From IMG/VR virus record IMGVR_UViG_2974574300_000001, positions 1-64,000 of that record: a stretch of DNA of 64,000 bases, one strand, 5' to 3'. The translations under genes and the position numbers were made by a program. This DNA is from a virus (lineage: Duplodnaviria; Heunggongvirae; Uroviricota; Caudoviricetes). Of this stretch, positions 52,638 to 61,340 are shown one piece after another; position 1 is the stretch's first letter, and every line of letters begins with the position of its first letter. Under the pieces are notes generated by a model that saw nothing but the letters and a program-made list of their open reading frames with translations, did not search any database and was not told where the DNA came from.

Positions 52638-53707
52638 TTAACCAGCACCCAATCTTTTTAGGTGGTGAGAGAAAAACTTTTGACTCACTTAATAAACACT
52701 ACCCAAAAATCTTTGAGCTTTATAAACAACAAAAAGCACAAGATTGGTCAGAAGATGAGTTCCCTTTTGAACAATCACGTCTTGATTTTGAGAGTGTCCC
52801 AGCATCAATGTCAGGTGTAATGCTTGAGATTCTTAAGTGGCAATGGGAAGCAGACACTCAAGTTGCTAAGAGCTTGGCATTTGCCTTTGCACCCTTTATC
52901 TCTGATGACATCTATGCAACTGCAATTATGAAGCAGTCTGAGATTGAAAACCTACATGCTCTTACTTACTCAGAGATTGTAAGACAATGTATTAAAAACC
53001 CTGAAACAATCTTAGATGAGATTAACCAGAATGTTGCTGTGCAAGACCGATTAAAAACTGTGAATCGTGTTCTTGAAGAATTACTGGATGAAGGGATAAA
53101 CTACCGACTGAGTTATGTCCGTGATTCACTTCTGGACAAAGACCCTTTACACTTCCATAAAGTTATTCTGAAAGGTCTGTTTGCAGTGACTGCACTTGAA
53201 GGTATATCTTTTATGGCATCCTTTGCATGTACCTTTGCACTTGATGCTCAAGATAAATTTCAGGGTATTGCTCAAGCTGTCCAGAAAATTATGCTTGATG
53301 AAATCCTTCACACTAAAATTGATATTGAAGTTTTAAAAGAAACTTTAAGAGATGATGAGTGGCAGAAAGCTTTTCAACAAATTCTTCCAGAGATTAAAGT
53401 AATCTTAGATGAAGTAGTTGAAAGTGAAGAAAAATGGTCGTATTATATCTTCTCCGAAGGACGTGCTGTAGTAGGCTTAAATACAAAGCTTCTTCATGAG
53501 TGGGTTTACTATAATGCTGCCCCACTGTATGATATGTTTGGCATTCAAAGAGATTTTGTAGCTCCTAAAGAACCACCTTTGAAGTATATGATTAAGAAGA
53601 TGGAAATTGATAAAGAGCAGAATGCTAATCAGGAGCAACAGAACGGTGCGTACCTATTGAATACTGTTGTAGATGATTTGAATAGTGGATTTTTAGAGGT
53701 TCCTTAA
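52634..53707 (+). CDS. nrdB: ribonucleotide reductase class I small subunit
   Basis: di-iron ligand-like E/H motifs, position after nrdA. Confidence 0.8.
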   Translation: MINQHPIFLGGERKTFDSLNKHYPKIFELYKQQKAQDWSEDEFPFEQSRLDFESVPASMSGVMLEILKWQWEADTQVAKSLAFAFAPFISDDIYATAIMKQSEIENLHALTYSEIVRQCIKNPETILDEINQNVAVQDRLKTVNRVLEELLDEGINYRLSYVRDSLLDKDPLHFHKVILKGLFAVTALEGISFMASFACTFALDAQDKFQGIAQAVQKIMLDEILHTKIDIEVLKETLRDDEWQKAFQQILPEIKVILDEVVESEEKWSYYIFSEGRAVVGLNTKLLHEWVYYNAAPLYDMFGIQRDFVAPKEPPLKYMIKKMEIDKEQNANQEQQNGAYLLNTVVDDLNSGFLEVP

Positions 53708-53949
53708 TGACTTATGTAATTTACTCCAAAACTGGATGCCCTCAGTGCGAGACCGCAAAGAATTTTGCAAAAGCTCGTGGTATTGACCATGTTGTGAGAA
53801 TGTTAGGGCAGGATTATGAGCTATCAGAACTAATGGATATTGCACAGATGCCAGTTCGTCAGATGCCATTCATCATGAAAACTGATGGACAAAACCTAAA
53901 ACCTGTTGGGACGCTACAGAATTTTATGGCAGAGGTGAATAATGCTTAA
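53707..53949 (+). CDS. glutaredoxin / NrdH-like redoxin
   Basis: CPQC active site at N-terminus. Confidence 0.65.
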   Translation: MTYVIYSKTGCPQCETAKNFAKARGIDHVVRMLGQDYELSELMDIAQMPVRQMPFIMKTDGQNLKPVGTLQNFMAEVNNA

Positions 53950-54148
53950 ACGCCTTTGGGAAGGTTTGGTTGTTGATGCACCAGCTATTGTGATTGGTAT
54001 GCTTATTGTTAACCTATTTACTGACTTTGAACAAGGTTCATTGTTTGGAGCCATGTTACTATGGGTTATCTTTGAAATATTAGAGATACAGTTAGGTATC
54101 ACTGAAAACCTAAGAGAACTCTTTGCGAAGTTTTCTAAAAAGATTTAA
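53942..54148 (+). CDS. small membrane protein
   Basis: hydrophobic 68 aa ORF. Confidence 0.4.
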   Translation: MLKRLWEGLVVDAPAIVIGMLIVNLFTDFEQGSLFGAMLLWVIFEILEIQLGITENLRELFAKFSKKI

Positions 54149-54155
54149 AATGAAA

Positions 54156-54178
54156 GGGTCTCTTCGGAGACCTTTTTA
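54156..54178 (+). terminator. rho-independent terminator
   Basis: GGGTCTC-TTCG-GAGACC hairpin followed by TTTTT. Confidence 0.65.
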
Positions 54179-54196
54179 GCATGTAAAGGGGCAATA

Positions 54197-55393
54197 ATGA
54201 ACAAAGTACAGATTATTAAAAAGAATGGCTCACTCGAAGAACCTGATATCAAAAAAGTTTTAGCAGCAGTCACAAAGTCAGCTAACAGAGTTGGTTATAA
54301 AGAGCTTCCACCAGATGTTACTCAAGCTCTTGAGTCAGCATTTATGAGGATTCTGGTAAAGTCCACTAAGCAGAATAATTTACTCATTTCAGTAAATGAT
54401 ATTCACAGTATTGTTGAGGGTGCTTTGGCAGAAGTCAATCACGAGATTTATGAGTCTTACTCAACATATAGAAATTACCGTAAAGAAGTTGCTCAGAATT
54501 GGGATGAACTCTACCAGAAGACCAAAGATACACTCTTCTTAGGTGACCGAGAAAACGCTAATTTTGACAGCAGTTTAATTTCTACAAAAGGTTCAATTAT
54601 TCGTGGTTATCTGACTAAAGAAATCTTTAAACAGTACCATTTAACACCAGAGGAACTTGAAGCCATTGAAAAAGGGTTTATCTATATCCATGATTTAAGA
54701 GACCTAATTTTTGGTGGTATCAACTGTTGCCTGTTTGACATTGGTAAAGTCCTGAAAGGTGGCTTTGAAATGTCTGGCATTGAATATTGTGAACCGAAGT
54801 CTGTACTGTCAGCCTTACAGGTTATTGGTGACGTAGTTCTTTCAGCAACTGCACAGCAATTTGGTGGCTTTACTTTAGCAGAGATTGATAAGGTACTTGT
54901 GCCGTATGCTAAGAAGTCTCTACGCTATCATGCTGAGAAAGCAACAGCTTATGGTATTCCTAAAGAACATTACCACAACTATGTCATGGAGCAGCTACAG
55001 ATTGAATTAACTCAAGGTTTTCAGTCTCTTGAAATGAAACTAAATACTGTACCTTGTAGCCGTGGTGATTTTGCATTCACAACTTTGACATTCGGGTTGC
55101 TTGACTCAGATATGTCTAATGAAGATAACCGACTGCAATACATGATTGCGAGCACTCTCCTAGATGTTCGTATGAATGGACAAGGTAAGAGCAAGAAGCC
55201 TGTTGTATTCCCTAAATTGGTTTATATTTATGACCAGAAGAGACACAATGAGAATATCTGTCAAGGCCACCTGTACAGTAAAGCTATTGAGTGTTGCTCT
55301 AAAGCTATGTATCCAGATTTCTTAAGTGTATCTGGACATGGTGCTGTAGCAGAGGCTTTTGAGCGTTCTGGCAAGGTAATTTCCCCGATGGGT
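54197..55393 (+). CDS. nrdD: anaerobic ribonucleotide reductase (class III), 5' exon
   Basis: ORF ends ...VISPMG then stop inside intron; downstream exon continues CRAFLSPY. Confidence 0.8.
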
Positions 55394-56135
55394 TAACAGG
55401 CTCTATAGCTCATCTAAAACGTGCCTAAACAGGGAAACTCTACAGATGTAGACAATCCTGTGCTAAATGATGTACGATGTAAGAAACTATACAACATAGG
55501 AGTCTTACATGCCAAACTATCACGTCACTGAAGATGGAAAAGTCTTTAGGGAAAATGGTGTAGAGCTTACGCAGTGGAAATCCAACACTGGGTATATGAA
55601 AGTGAGGTTTTACGGTAAGAAGAATCGTGACATGTATGTCCACAGGTTAGTTGCTGAGAAATATGTACCTAACCCAAATAATCTTCCAATTGTAAAACAT
55701 AAGGACGATAACAAACTAAATAACCACGCATCTAACTTAGAATGGGGTACTCATTCTGAGAATGCTAAAGAAGGTTATGAGAACGGATGCTACAAGTTCC
55801 ACAAGCGTTCATATGCCGTGAAAGCCACACACAAAGTGACAAAGGAAGTTATTGTTGCTAAGTCAATACGAGAGTTATCCAATATACTTGGACACAATCG
55901 CAAGACCATCTCTTCAATATTGAAGGGTGTAAAAGAGCATAATAACTTCGAATATGAGTTTGAATACATCTAAATGCCGAACGACTAACCGTGATGAATG
56001 TAGCGGTGTAGGGTCAAGCGACTCGAAATGGTACGCTACTTAGAAATAAGTAGAAGATATAGTCTGGACTTACTGGCGACAGTAAGCAGCTTGAATAAAG
56101 CGGGGTAAGCTTAGCGAACTTACCTGAACAACAAG
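55394..56135 (+). mobile_element. group I intron in nrdD
   Basis: exon ends with T, intron ends with G, in-frame join PMG|CRAFL; 5' core CTAAACAGGGAAACTCTACAGATGTAGACAATCCTGTGCTAAAT is, as best I recall, close to the T4 td intron core. Confidence 0.7.
55509..55973 (+). CDS. intron-encoded HNH homing endonuclease
   Basis: HKDDNKLNNHASNLEWGTHSEN HNH motif; located inside nrdD intron. Confidence 0.7.
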   Translation: MPNYHVTEDGKVFRENGVELTQWKSNTGYMKVRFYGKKNRDMYVHRLVAEKYVPNPNNLPIVKHKDDNKLNNHASNLEWGTHSENAKEGYENGCYKFHKRSYAVKATHKVTKEVIVAKSIRELSNILGHNRKTISSILKGVKEHNNFEYEFEYI

Positions 56136-57083
56136 TGTAGAGCATTTTTATCACCATACCATAACGAATATGGTGAAGAGTTTTATGTAGGTCGTGCTAA
56201 CATTGGTGCTGTATCTTTGAACTTACCAATGATTTACCAGTATTCTAAAGAGAATGGCTTAGATTTCTGGAAAGAGCTTGATAAGTACCTAGAAATGATT
56301 CGCAGCTTCCACAAGAAACGTTACGAAATGATTGCTAATATGCCAGCAAGTTCTAACCCTCTTGCATTCACACAAGGTGGTCTGTACAAAGGGAATAAGA
56401 AACCTACTGACAAGGTTGGCTGGGATATCGTGAAGTCCTTCACAGCTTCTTTTGGGGTTACTGCGCTTGATGAGCTAGATGTTCTTGCTGAAGGTAAACG
56501 ACTTCATGAAGTTGGAAGCTGTAGTTTTGCATATGATGTTCTGGAATATATCAACATGAAGACTGAAGAGTTTAAAAATGAAGATGGCTTCTTATATGCA
56601 GTCTATGGCACTCCAGCAGAATCACTTTGTGGAACTCAGCTAAAACAGTTCAGAGATATGTTTGGCGTTATCAAAGGCGTTTCTGACAAGGAATACTTTA
56701 CAAACAGCTTCCATATGAATGTTGCAGCCGACATTACACCATTTGAGAAGCAGGACTTAGAAGAACCCTTCTTCCATATCTGTAGAGGCGGCAGAATCCA
56801 GTATGTAAGAGTGGCTAATCCAGAAAACTTACCAGCACTTAAGAGTTGTATTACAAGAGGGATGTTGAAAGGTTTCTATCAGGGACTTAACTTTGACTTA
56901 GCAATCTGTGAGCATTGTGGCAACAGACCAAAGGCTGATGTTGAAGAATGTGAGGTTTGTCATTCACACGATATCTCTGTGATTAACAGGGTGTGCGGGT
57001 ACTTGTCATTCACAAAAATTAAAGGTCAGTCTCGAATGAATGACGCTAAGATGGCAGAAATTAAGGATAGGGTTTCTATGTAG
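56136..57083 (+). CDS. nrdD: anaerobic ribonucleotide reductase (class III), 3' exon
   Basis: C-terminal zinc ribbon CEHCG..CEVC and glycyl-radical motif RVCGYLS. Confidence 0.8.
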   Translation, partial: CRAFLSPYHNEYGEEFYVGRANIGAVSLNLPMIYQYSKENGLDFWKELDKYLEMIRSFHKKRYEMIANMPASSNPLAFTQGGLYKGNKKPTDKVGWDIVKSFTASFGVTALDELDVLAEGKRLHEVGSCSFAYDVLEYINMKTEEFKNEDGFLYAVYGTPAESLCGTQLKQFRDMFGVIKGVSDKEYFTNSFHMNVAADITPFEKQDLEEPFFHICRGGRIQYVRVANPENLPALKSCITRGMLKGFYQGLNFDLAICEHCGNRPKADVEECEVCHSHDISVINRVCGYLSFTKIKGQSRMNDAKMAEIKDRVSM

Positions 57084-57090
57084 AATACAA

Positions 57091-57648
57091 ATGAATTACG
57101 AACTAATATATAATGCAATTATTAAGAAGGCACATTCTGAAAGGGGTGTGCCTCTTACATACTACAAATGTCAAGGTAAGGGTTATGAAAGACACCATAT
57201 CATACCAGTGTGTCTAGGTGGCGATAAAATTAGTGGAGATAATATTGCTTTACTTACACCTAGAGAGCATTATGTAGCTCATAAATTACTGGTTAAGATG
57301 TATCCAAACAATCATAAGTTATGGTTTGCATGGAACAGGTTAGCTCATGATGGCCTAGATAGGAAAATATCATCCAGAGACTATGAAAAGGTAAGGGCTT
57401 TGAACTCGAAAGCTTCATCCATTGTGAATAAAGGTAGGGTTTTCACTGAAGAACATCGAAGACGATTAGGAGAATCTCAAATAGGTAATACAAAATCAAA
57501 AGGTTGTAAAAGGTCTATAGAAACAAGGAAGAGGATGTCAGAAGCCGGAAAAAAGCCAAAGAAAAAGAAAACTTGCCATCATTGTGGTATGACTGGTGGT
57601 GCTGGTAACATGACTCGATATCATTTTGACAATTGTAAGAAAAAATAA
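57091..57648 (+). CDS. HNH endonuclease with NUMOD3-like repeats
   Basis: ERHHIIPVCLGGDKISGDNIALLTPREHYVAH HNH motif; C-terminal basic repeats and CHHCG zinc finger. Confidence 0.55.
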   Translation: MNYELIYNAIIKKAHSERGVPLTYYKCQGKGYERHHIIPVCLGGDKISGDNIALLTPREHYVAHKLLVKMYPNNHKLWFAWNRLAHDGLDRKISSRDYEKVRALNSKASSIVNKGRVFTEEHRRRLGESQIGNTKSKGCKRSIETRKRMSEAGKKPKKKKTCHHCGMTGGAGNMTRYHFDNCKKK

Positions 57649-57722
57649 CCTTATGTAAAACTTGACAAGGCGGTGTAGGTCTTGATAGGCTTACATCACC
57701 TTTTTATTGGTGAGGTAACTAT

Positions 57723-58208
57723 ATGAATTACATGGAGATTAGACCATTTGACACAGCTAATGGTGAAGGGGTTCGTGTAAGCCTCTTCGTAGCTGGTTGT
57801 AAGCATCACTGTGAAGGCTGCTTTAACAGGGAGTCTTGGAAGTTTAATGCTGGTAAAGAGTTTACTTATGCAAACCTTTACGGGATTCTAAGACTTTTGG
57901 AAGATGATTCTTTAAGTGGATTATCTATTCTTGGTGGAGAACCACTAGATGACCGTAACGTTGAAGAGGTCACAAAGATTTGCCAGAAGGTAAAGTCTAT
58001 CTACCCAGAAAAATCTATCTGGCTCTGGACAGGTTTTCAGTTACACGAAAAAATTCACCTAGATGTGATGAAATATGTTGACGTGGTGATTGATGGTAAG
58101 TATGATTCATCTAAACCAACAGTTAAACCATATCGTGGTTCTGATAACCAAAACCTCTGGAGAAAAGAGTATGGGTGGCAAGGTGATTGTCAGTGGAGAG
58201 CCGAGTAA
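57723..58208 (+). CDS. nrdG: anaerobic ribonucleotide reductase activating protein
   Basis: radical SAM cluster motif CKHHCEGC near N-terminus; adjacent to nrdD. Confidence 0.8.
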   Translation: MNYMEIRPFDTANGEGVRVSLFVAGCKHHCEGCFNRESWKFNAGKEFTYANLYGILRLLEDDSLSGLSILGGEPLDDRNVEEVTKICQKVKSIYPEKSIWLWTGFQLHEKIHLDVMKYVDVVIDGKYDSSKPTVKPYRGSDNQNLWRKEYGWQGDCQWRAE

Positions 58209-58548
58209 GTCTCGTCGTAGAGTAGGTTACGGAAAAGGTGAGATAATGGTTCTTTCTTTTAACAGTGCTTTATTAGGTACTTACAAAGTTAAGACCGAAC
58301 TCCTTGATGAGTGGAGAAAGTATACAAACTCACTTTTCGGTAATGTTGGAATGGAAGCCTTAGCAGAGATTGAGAAGGCTGGAACATTTGAAGTTGTCGG
58401 TAAAGGTAACTACACAATGTTCTACAAAACAAATTTAAACGTTGGTGACAGTATTGTTGGTGTCACTGAAGAAGAACTTAAAACATTTTGTGAAAAGATT
58501 GAGAGAGATACGAAATGGGACTCTGGAACAGTTTTAAATCAAAAGTAA
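58171..58548 (+). CDS. hypothetical protein
   Basis: ORF trimmed to ATG with GGAGA RBS. Confidence 0.4.
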   Translation: MGGKVIVSGEPSKSRRRVGYGKGEIMVLSFNSALLGTYKVKTELLDEWRKYTNSLFGNVGMEALAEIEKAGTFEVVGKGNYTMFYKTNLNVGDSIVGVTEEELKTFCEKIERDTKWDSGTVLNQK

Positions 58549-58772
58549 AAGCAGCACTAGCTTCATTAGGTATGCTCACTGGTGTTGATGTGACTCATCT
58601 TATGCAGAACTTTAAGATGGATGAGAAGCTGGCTAATGAGATTATGAAAAGTATCTATGTAGGCCGTGGTAAAGGTGGTAAGAAACAAGCCCATCGTCCG
58701 TCTGGTGCAGCAGCTATTAAACGAGCAGCTAAGAAAGCTCGTAACCGTAAACGTAATAAGAAGGCTAAATAA
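58515..58772 (+). CDS. small basic protein
   Basis: Lys/Arg-rich C-terminus. Confidence 0.4.
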   Translation: MGLWNSFKSKVKAALASLGMLTGVDVTHLMQNFKMDEKLANEIMKSIYVGRGKGGKKQAHRPSGAAAIKRAAKKARNRKRNKKAK

Positions 58773-58774
58773 TC

Positions 58775-59095
58775 ATGAGCAAAATCTATAACACTCGCAA
58801 ATTACAGATTTTCGTACTGTGCCAGTTTATGGCTAAAGAATATAACTTCTACTATTGTGGTACAGGTTTTATTAGTGATGATGATGGTTCATATCTACCA
58901 TTTAAAGAAGCTGTGAAGCTCTTTAATGAAGAGAAAAACTCTAAGAAAGATATTGAAAAGGTTAAGCTAACCTACAGCAAGAAAGATAAGAAGATTATCT
59001 GCCTAGATAACTTTGTAAAAGTTACTGGAGAAGCAAAAGAGTTTATGGATGAGAGTGAGATTTCATTCACAAGCATCTTGAAAGTAGCTCAGTAA
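58775..59095 (+). CDS. hypothetical protein
   Basis: ORF. Confidence 0.4.
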   Translation: MSKIYNTRKLQIFVLCQFMAKEYNFYYCGTGFISDDDGSYLPFKEAVKLFNEEKNSKKDIEKVKLTYSKKDKKIICLDNFVKVTGEAKEFMDESEISFTSILKVAQ

Positions 59096-59107
59096 ACAGA
59101 TACTATA

Positions 59108-59137
59108 AGGGAACTGTAAAGGTTCCCTTTTTATTTT
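59108..59137 (+). terminator. rho-independent terminator
   Basis: AGGGAAC-loop-GTTCCCT hairpin followed by TTTTTATTTT. Confidence 0.6.
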
Positions 59138-59146
59138 GGAGATAAA

Positions 59147-59662
59147 ATGTATCTGTCAAACCTGAAACGTTCGGCTGCAATGTCAGTCCTAAGACTCAGC
59201 TTTGAGGAACGTCAAGAGTTCATTGACTCCCACCAATACGACCCTTCTAACTCGAATCACATGGTTCTTTGGAATCGTGATAACTTCCGTGAAAGAGCAC
59301 TTGTCCGTTATTACCCACACTACACAATAGATAACCTGTATGAATGGTGTGTTGTGAAGAACACTATTGCAACACTGAACAATCTTTGCAGGTATACAGG
59401 TAAGCAAGCATTTACATTAGGCCACCACAAACCTGTTACAAAGGGTGGTGAGCATCACTGTGCAAACTGGTTTATCCAGACTAAGCTCGATAACCAGAAG
59501 CAAGGAGATAACCTTCTAAGCACACCTAAGATGACCTATGAAGAGCAAGAGAAATATATCAAAAATAATATGCCAGATGTGCTTGACAACAACTATACAG
59601 ATTTGGCAATATCTCTCCTGTTGAAGTTCGAGACAGTTTATAGGGCAACTTATAATGGCTAA
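59147..59662 (+). CDS. HNH nuclease-like protein
   Basis: LGHHKPVTKGGEHHCANW...N..K motif resembling HNH. Confidence 0.4.
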   Translation: MYLSNLKRSAAMSVLRLSFEERQEFIDSHQYDPSNSNHMVLWNRDNFRERALVRYYPHYTIDNLYEWCVVKNTIATLNNLCRYTGKQAFTLGHHKPVTKGGEHHCANWFIQTKLDNQKQGDNLLSTPKMTYEEQEKYIKNNMPDVLDNNYTDLAISLLLKFETVYRATYNG

Positions 59663-59933
59663 AGAGAAGTGGAAGATTTTACCATTAGTCAGTGAAGGTG
59701 GTAATGGTTGTGAAATGTACATGATACGTGGTCATGTTCCAGAACCAATTGCACTTGAGATGGTAAACAACTTTACAGATGGCTCTTACAAAGACTTAGG
59801 GGAGCCAACTATAAAGCAGCAATGGGTAAAGCCTGTACCAGACAGCACAGGTAACTGTAGTGTACTTTATCACGTTGTAGACCCTGCAAAATGCAAATCT
59901 GCAATGGCAGTAACAAACGTAACTTTTGATTGA
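59655..59933 (+). CDS. hypothetical protein
   Basis: ORF. Confidence 0.4.
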   Translation: MAKEKWKILPLVSEGGNGCEMYMIRGHVPEPIALEMVNNFTDGSYKDLGEPTIKQQWVKPVPDSTGNCSVLYHVVDPAKCKSAMAVTNVTFD

Positions 59934-59944
59934 GAGAGAAAACT

Positions 59945-60826
59945 ATGAAAACATCTATCCGTGTTACAGTTCATTCACCAACTAAAGGGACTCATGAAGA
60001 AGAGTTTAACATCGTCCAATTTCCTTCTGGTGAGATTGGTGGACATTTTTCACCAGAGTTTGTTGATTTTACTGCTTATGCTGCATCATCCATCAACAAC
60101 GTGATTATGATTGTAAAGGGTTATGACAAAGACACATTATTTGCTGTGGCACTTGCTAAAGAGGCAATTGATGATTTAGTACCTCATAAGTTTGCTATGA
60201 AGACTGCTATCTTTTACTATTTGCCAAATGCACGTTACGACCGTCACATGTTTAAAGGCGATGCAGCAGCTTTGAAAGTGTTTGCACAACAGGTTAATGC
60301 AATGGGTTTTGATGCAGTCTGTGCAGTTGACCCTCATAGTTACGTTCCAGATAACCTTTTCAACTGCTTCCAGAGTATTCCTCAAAAGGAGATTGCAGTC
60401 CACTATGCAAATGACCCTCTGATTGATTACTTAGTAGCCCCAGATGCAGGTGCTTCTAAGAAGATTGCAGAGACTGCTAAAGAGGTGGATAAACCATATA
60501 TCACAATGTCTAAAGTACGCAACCTTAAGACTGGTGAAATAACTGGTATGCGAATCCTTGATGATGTTGATTTGACAGATAAAACTGTCATGATTCTTGA
60601 TGATATTTGTGATGGTGGTCGAACCTTCGTAGAAGCAGCGAAACATCTTCGTGAAGCAGGTGCAAAACGTGTGGAACTTTATGTAACACATGGTATCTTC
60701 TCTAAAGATGTTGAAAACCTTCTTGACAATGGTATCGACCATATTTACACTACAAACTCTTTAGGCGAAGCTAAAGACCGTGGCTTAACACATTACAGTC
60801 AAGTTACTGTAGCAAACCTTGATTAG
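59945..60826 (+). CDS. prs: ribose-phosphate pyrophosphokinase (PRPP synthetase)
   Basis: PRTase motif VMILDDICDGGRT, VDPHS and APDAGASKK regions resembling Prs. Confidence 0.7.
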   Translation: MKTSIRVTVHSPTKGTHEEEFNIVQFPSGEIGGHFSPEFVDFTAYAASSINNVIMIVKGYDKDTLFAVALAKEAIDDLVPHKFAMKTAIFYYLPNARYDRHMFKGDAAALKVFAQQVNAMGFDAVCAVDPHSYVPDNLFNCFQSIPQKEIAVHYANDPLIDYLVAPDAGASKKIAETAKEVDKPYITMSKVRNLKTGEITGMRILDDVDLTDKTVMILDDICDGGRTFVEAAKHLREAGAKRVELYVTHGIFSKDVENLLDNGIDHIYTTNSLGEAKDRGLTHYSQVTVANLD

Positions 60827-60834
60827 GTAACAGT

Positions 60835-61326
60835 ATGAATAAGGGTTATTTTGAAAGATACCTAATATATGAACCAGATACAGGTTTATTAATTTGGAGA
60901 GTAACCCTTTGCAGTACCGCTATTGCTGGTAATGTGGCTGGCACAAGGTCTAAGAAGGGTTATATCCAAGTCCAGATAAATAAGAAGAGGTACTATGCAC
61001 ATAATATTGCATGGATTATGTCTGGAGGTGAGATACCAAGTGGATATGAGATAGACCACATAGACCTTGATAAATCTAATAATAAGTTGGAGAATTTAAG
61101 ACTTAGCACAAAGTCACAAAATCAGAGGAATAGGGGTATATACAAGAATAATAAAACTGGTGTGAAGGGTGTAAGTTTTTGTAAACAAACAGGTCTTTAC
61201 AAAGCAAGAGTCATGCTTTACCATAAAGAATACTTTTGTGGAAGATTTAAAACGGTAGAAGAAGCAAAAGAAGCTGTAATTAAAAAGCGAATAGAACTTC
61301 ATGGTGAGTTTGCAAGACATAACTAA
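60835..61326 (+). CDS. HNH-AP2 homing endonuclease
   Basis: EIDHIDLDKSNNKLENLR HNH motif and C-terminal AP2-like GVKGV...EEAKEAV...LHGEFA. Confidence 0.75.
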   Translation: MNKGYFERYLIYEPDTGLLIWRVTLCSTAIAGNVAGTRSKKGYIQVQINKKRYYAHNIAWIMSGGEIPSGYEIDHIDLDKSNNKLENLRLSTKSQNQRNRGIYKNNKTGVKGVSFCKQTGLYKARVMLYHKEYFCGRFKTVEEAKEAVIKKRIELHGEFARHN

Positions 61327-61340
61327 GAGAGAGATAAAAT

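Noticed and set aside
57662-57690. TTGACA at 57662 considered as a promoter for nrdG
   Set aside because: No acceptable -10 hexamer at 16-18 nt spacing (ATAGGC); left unannotated.
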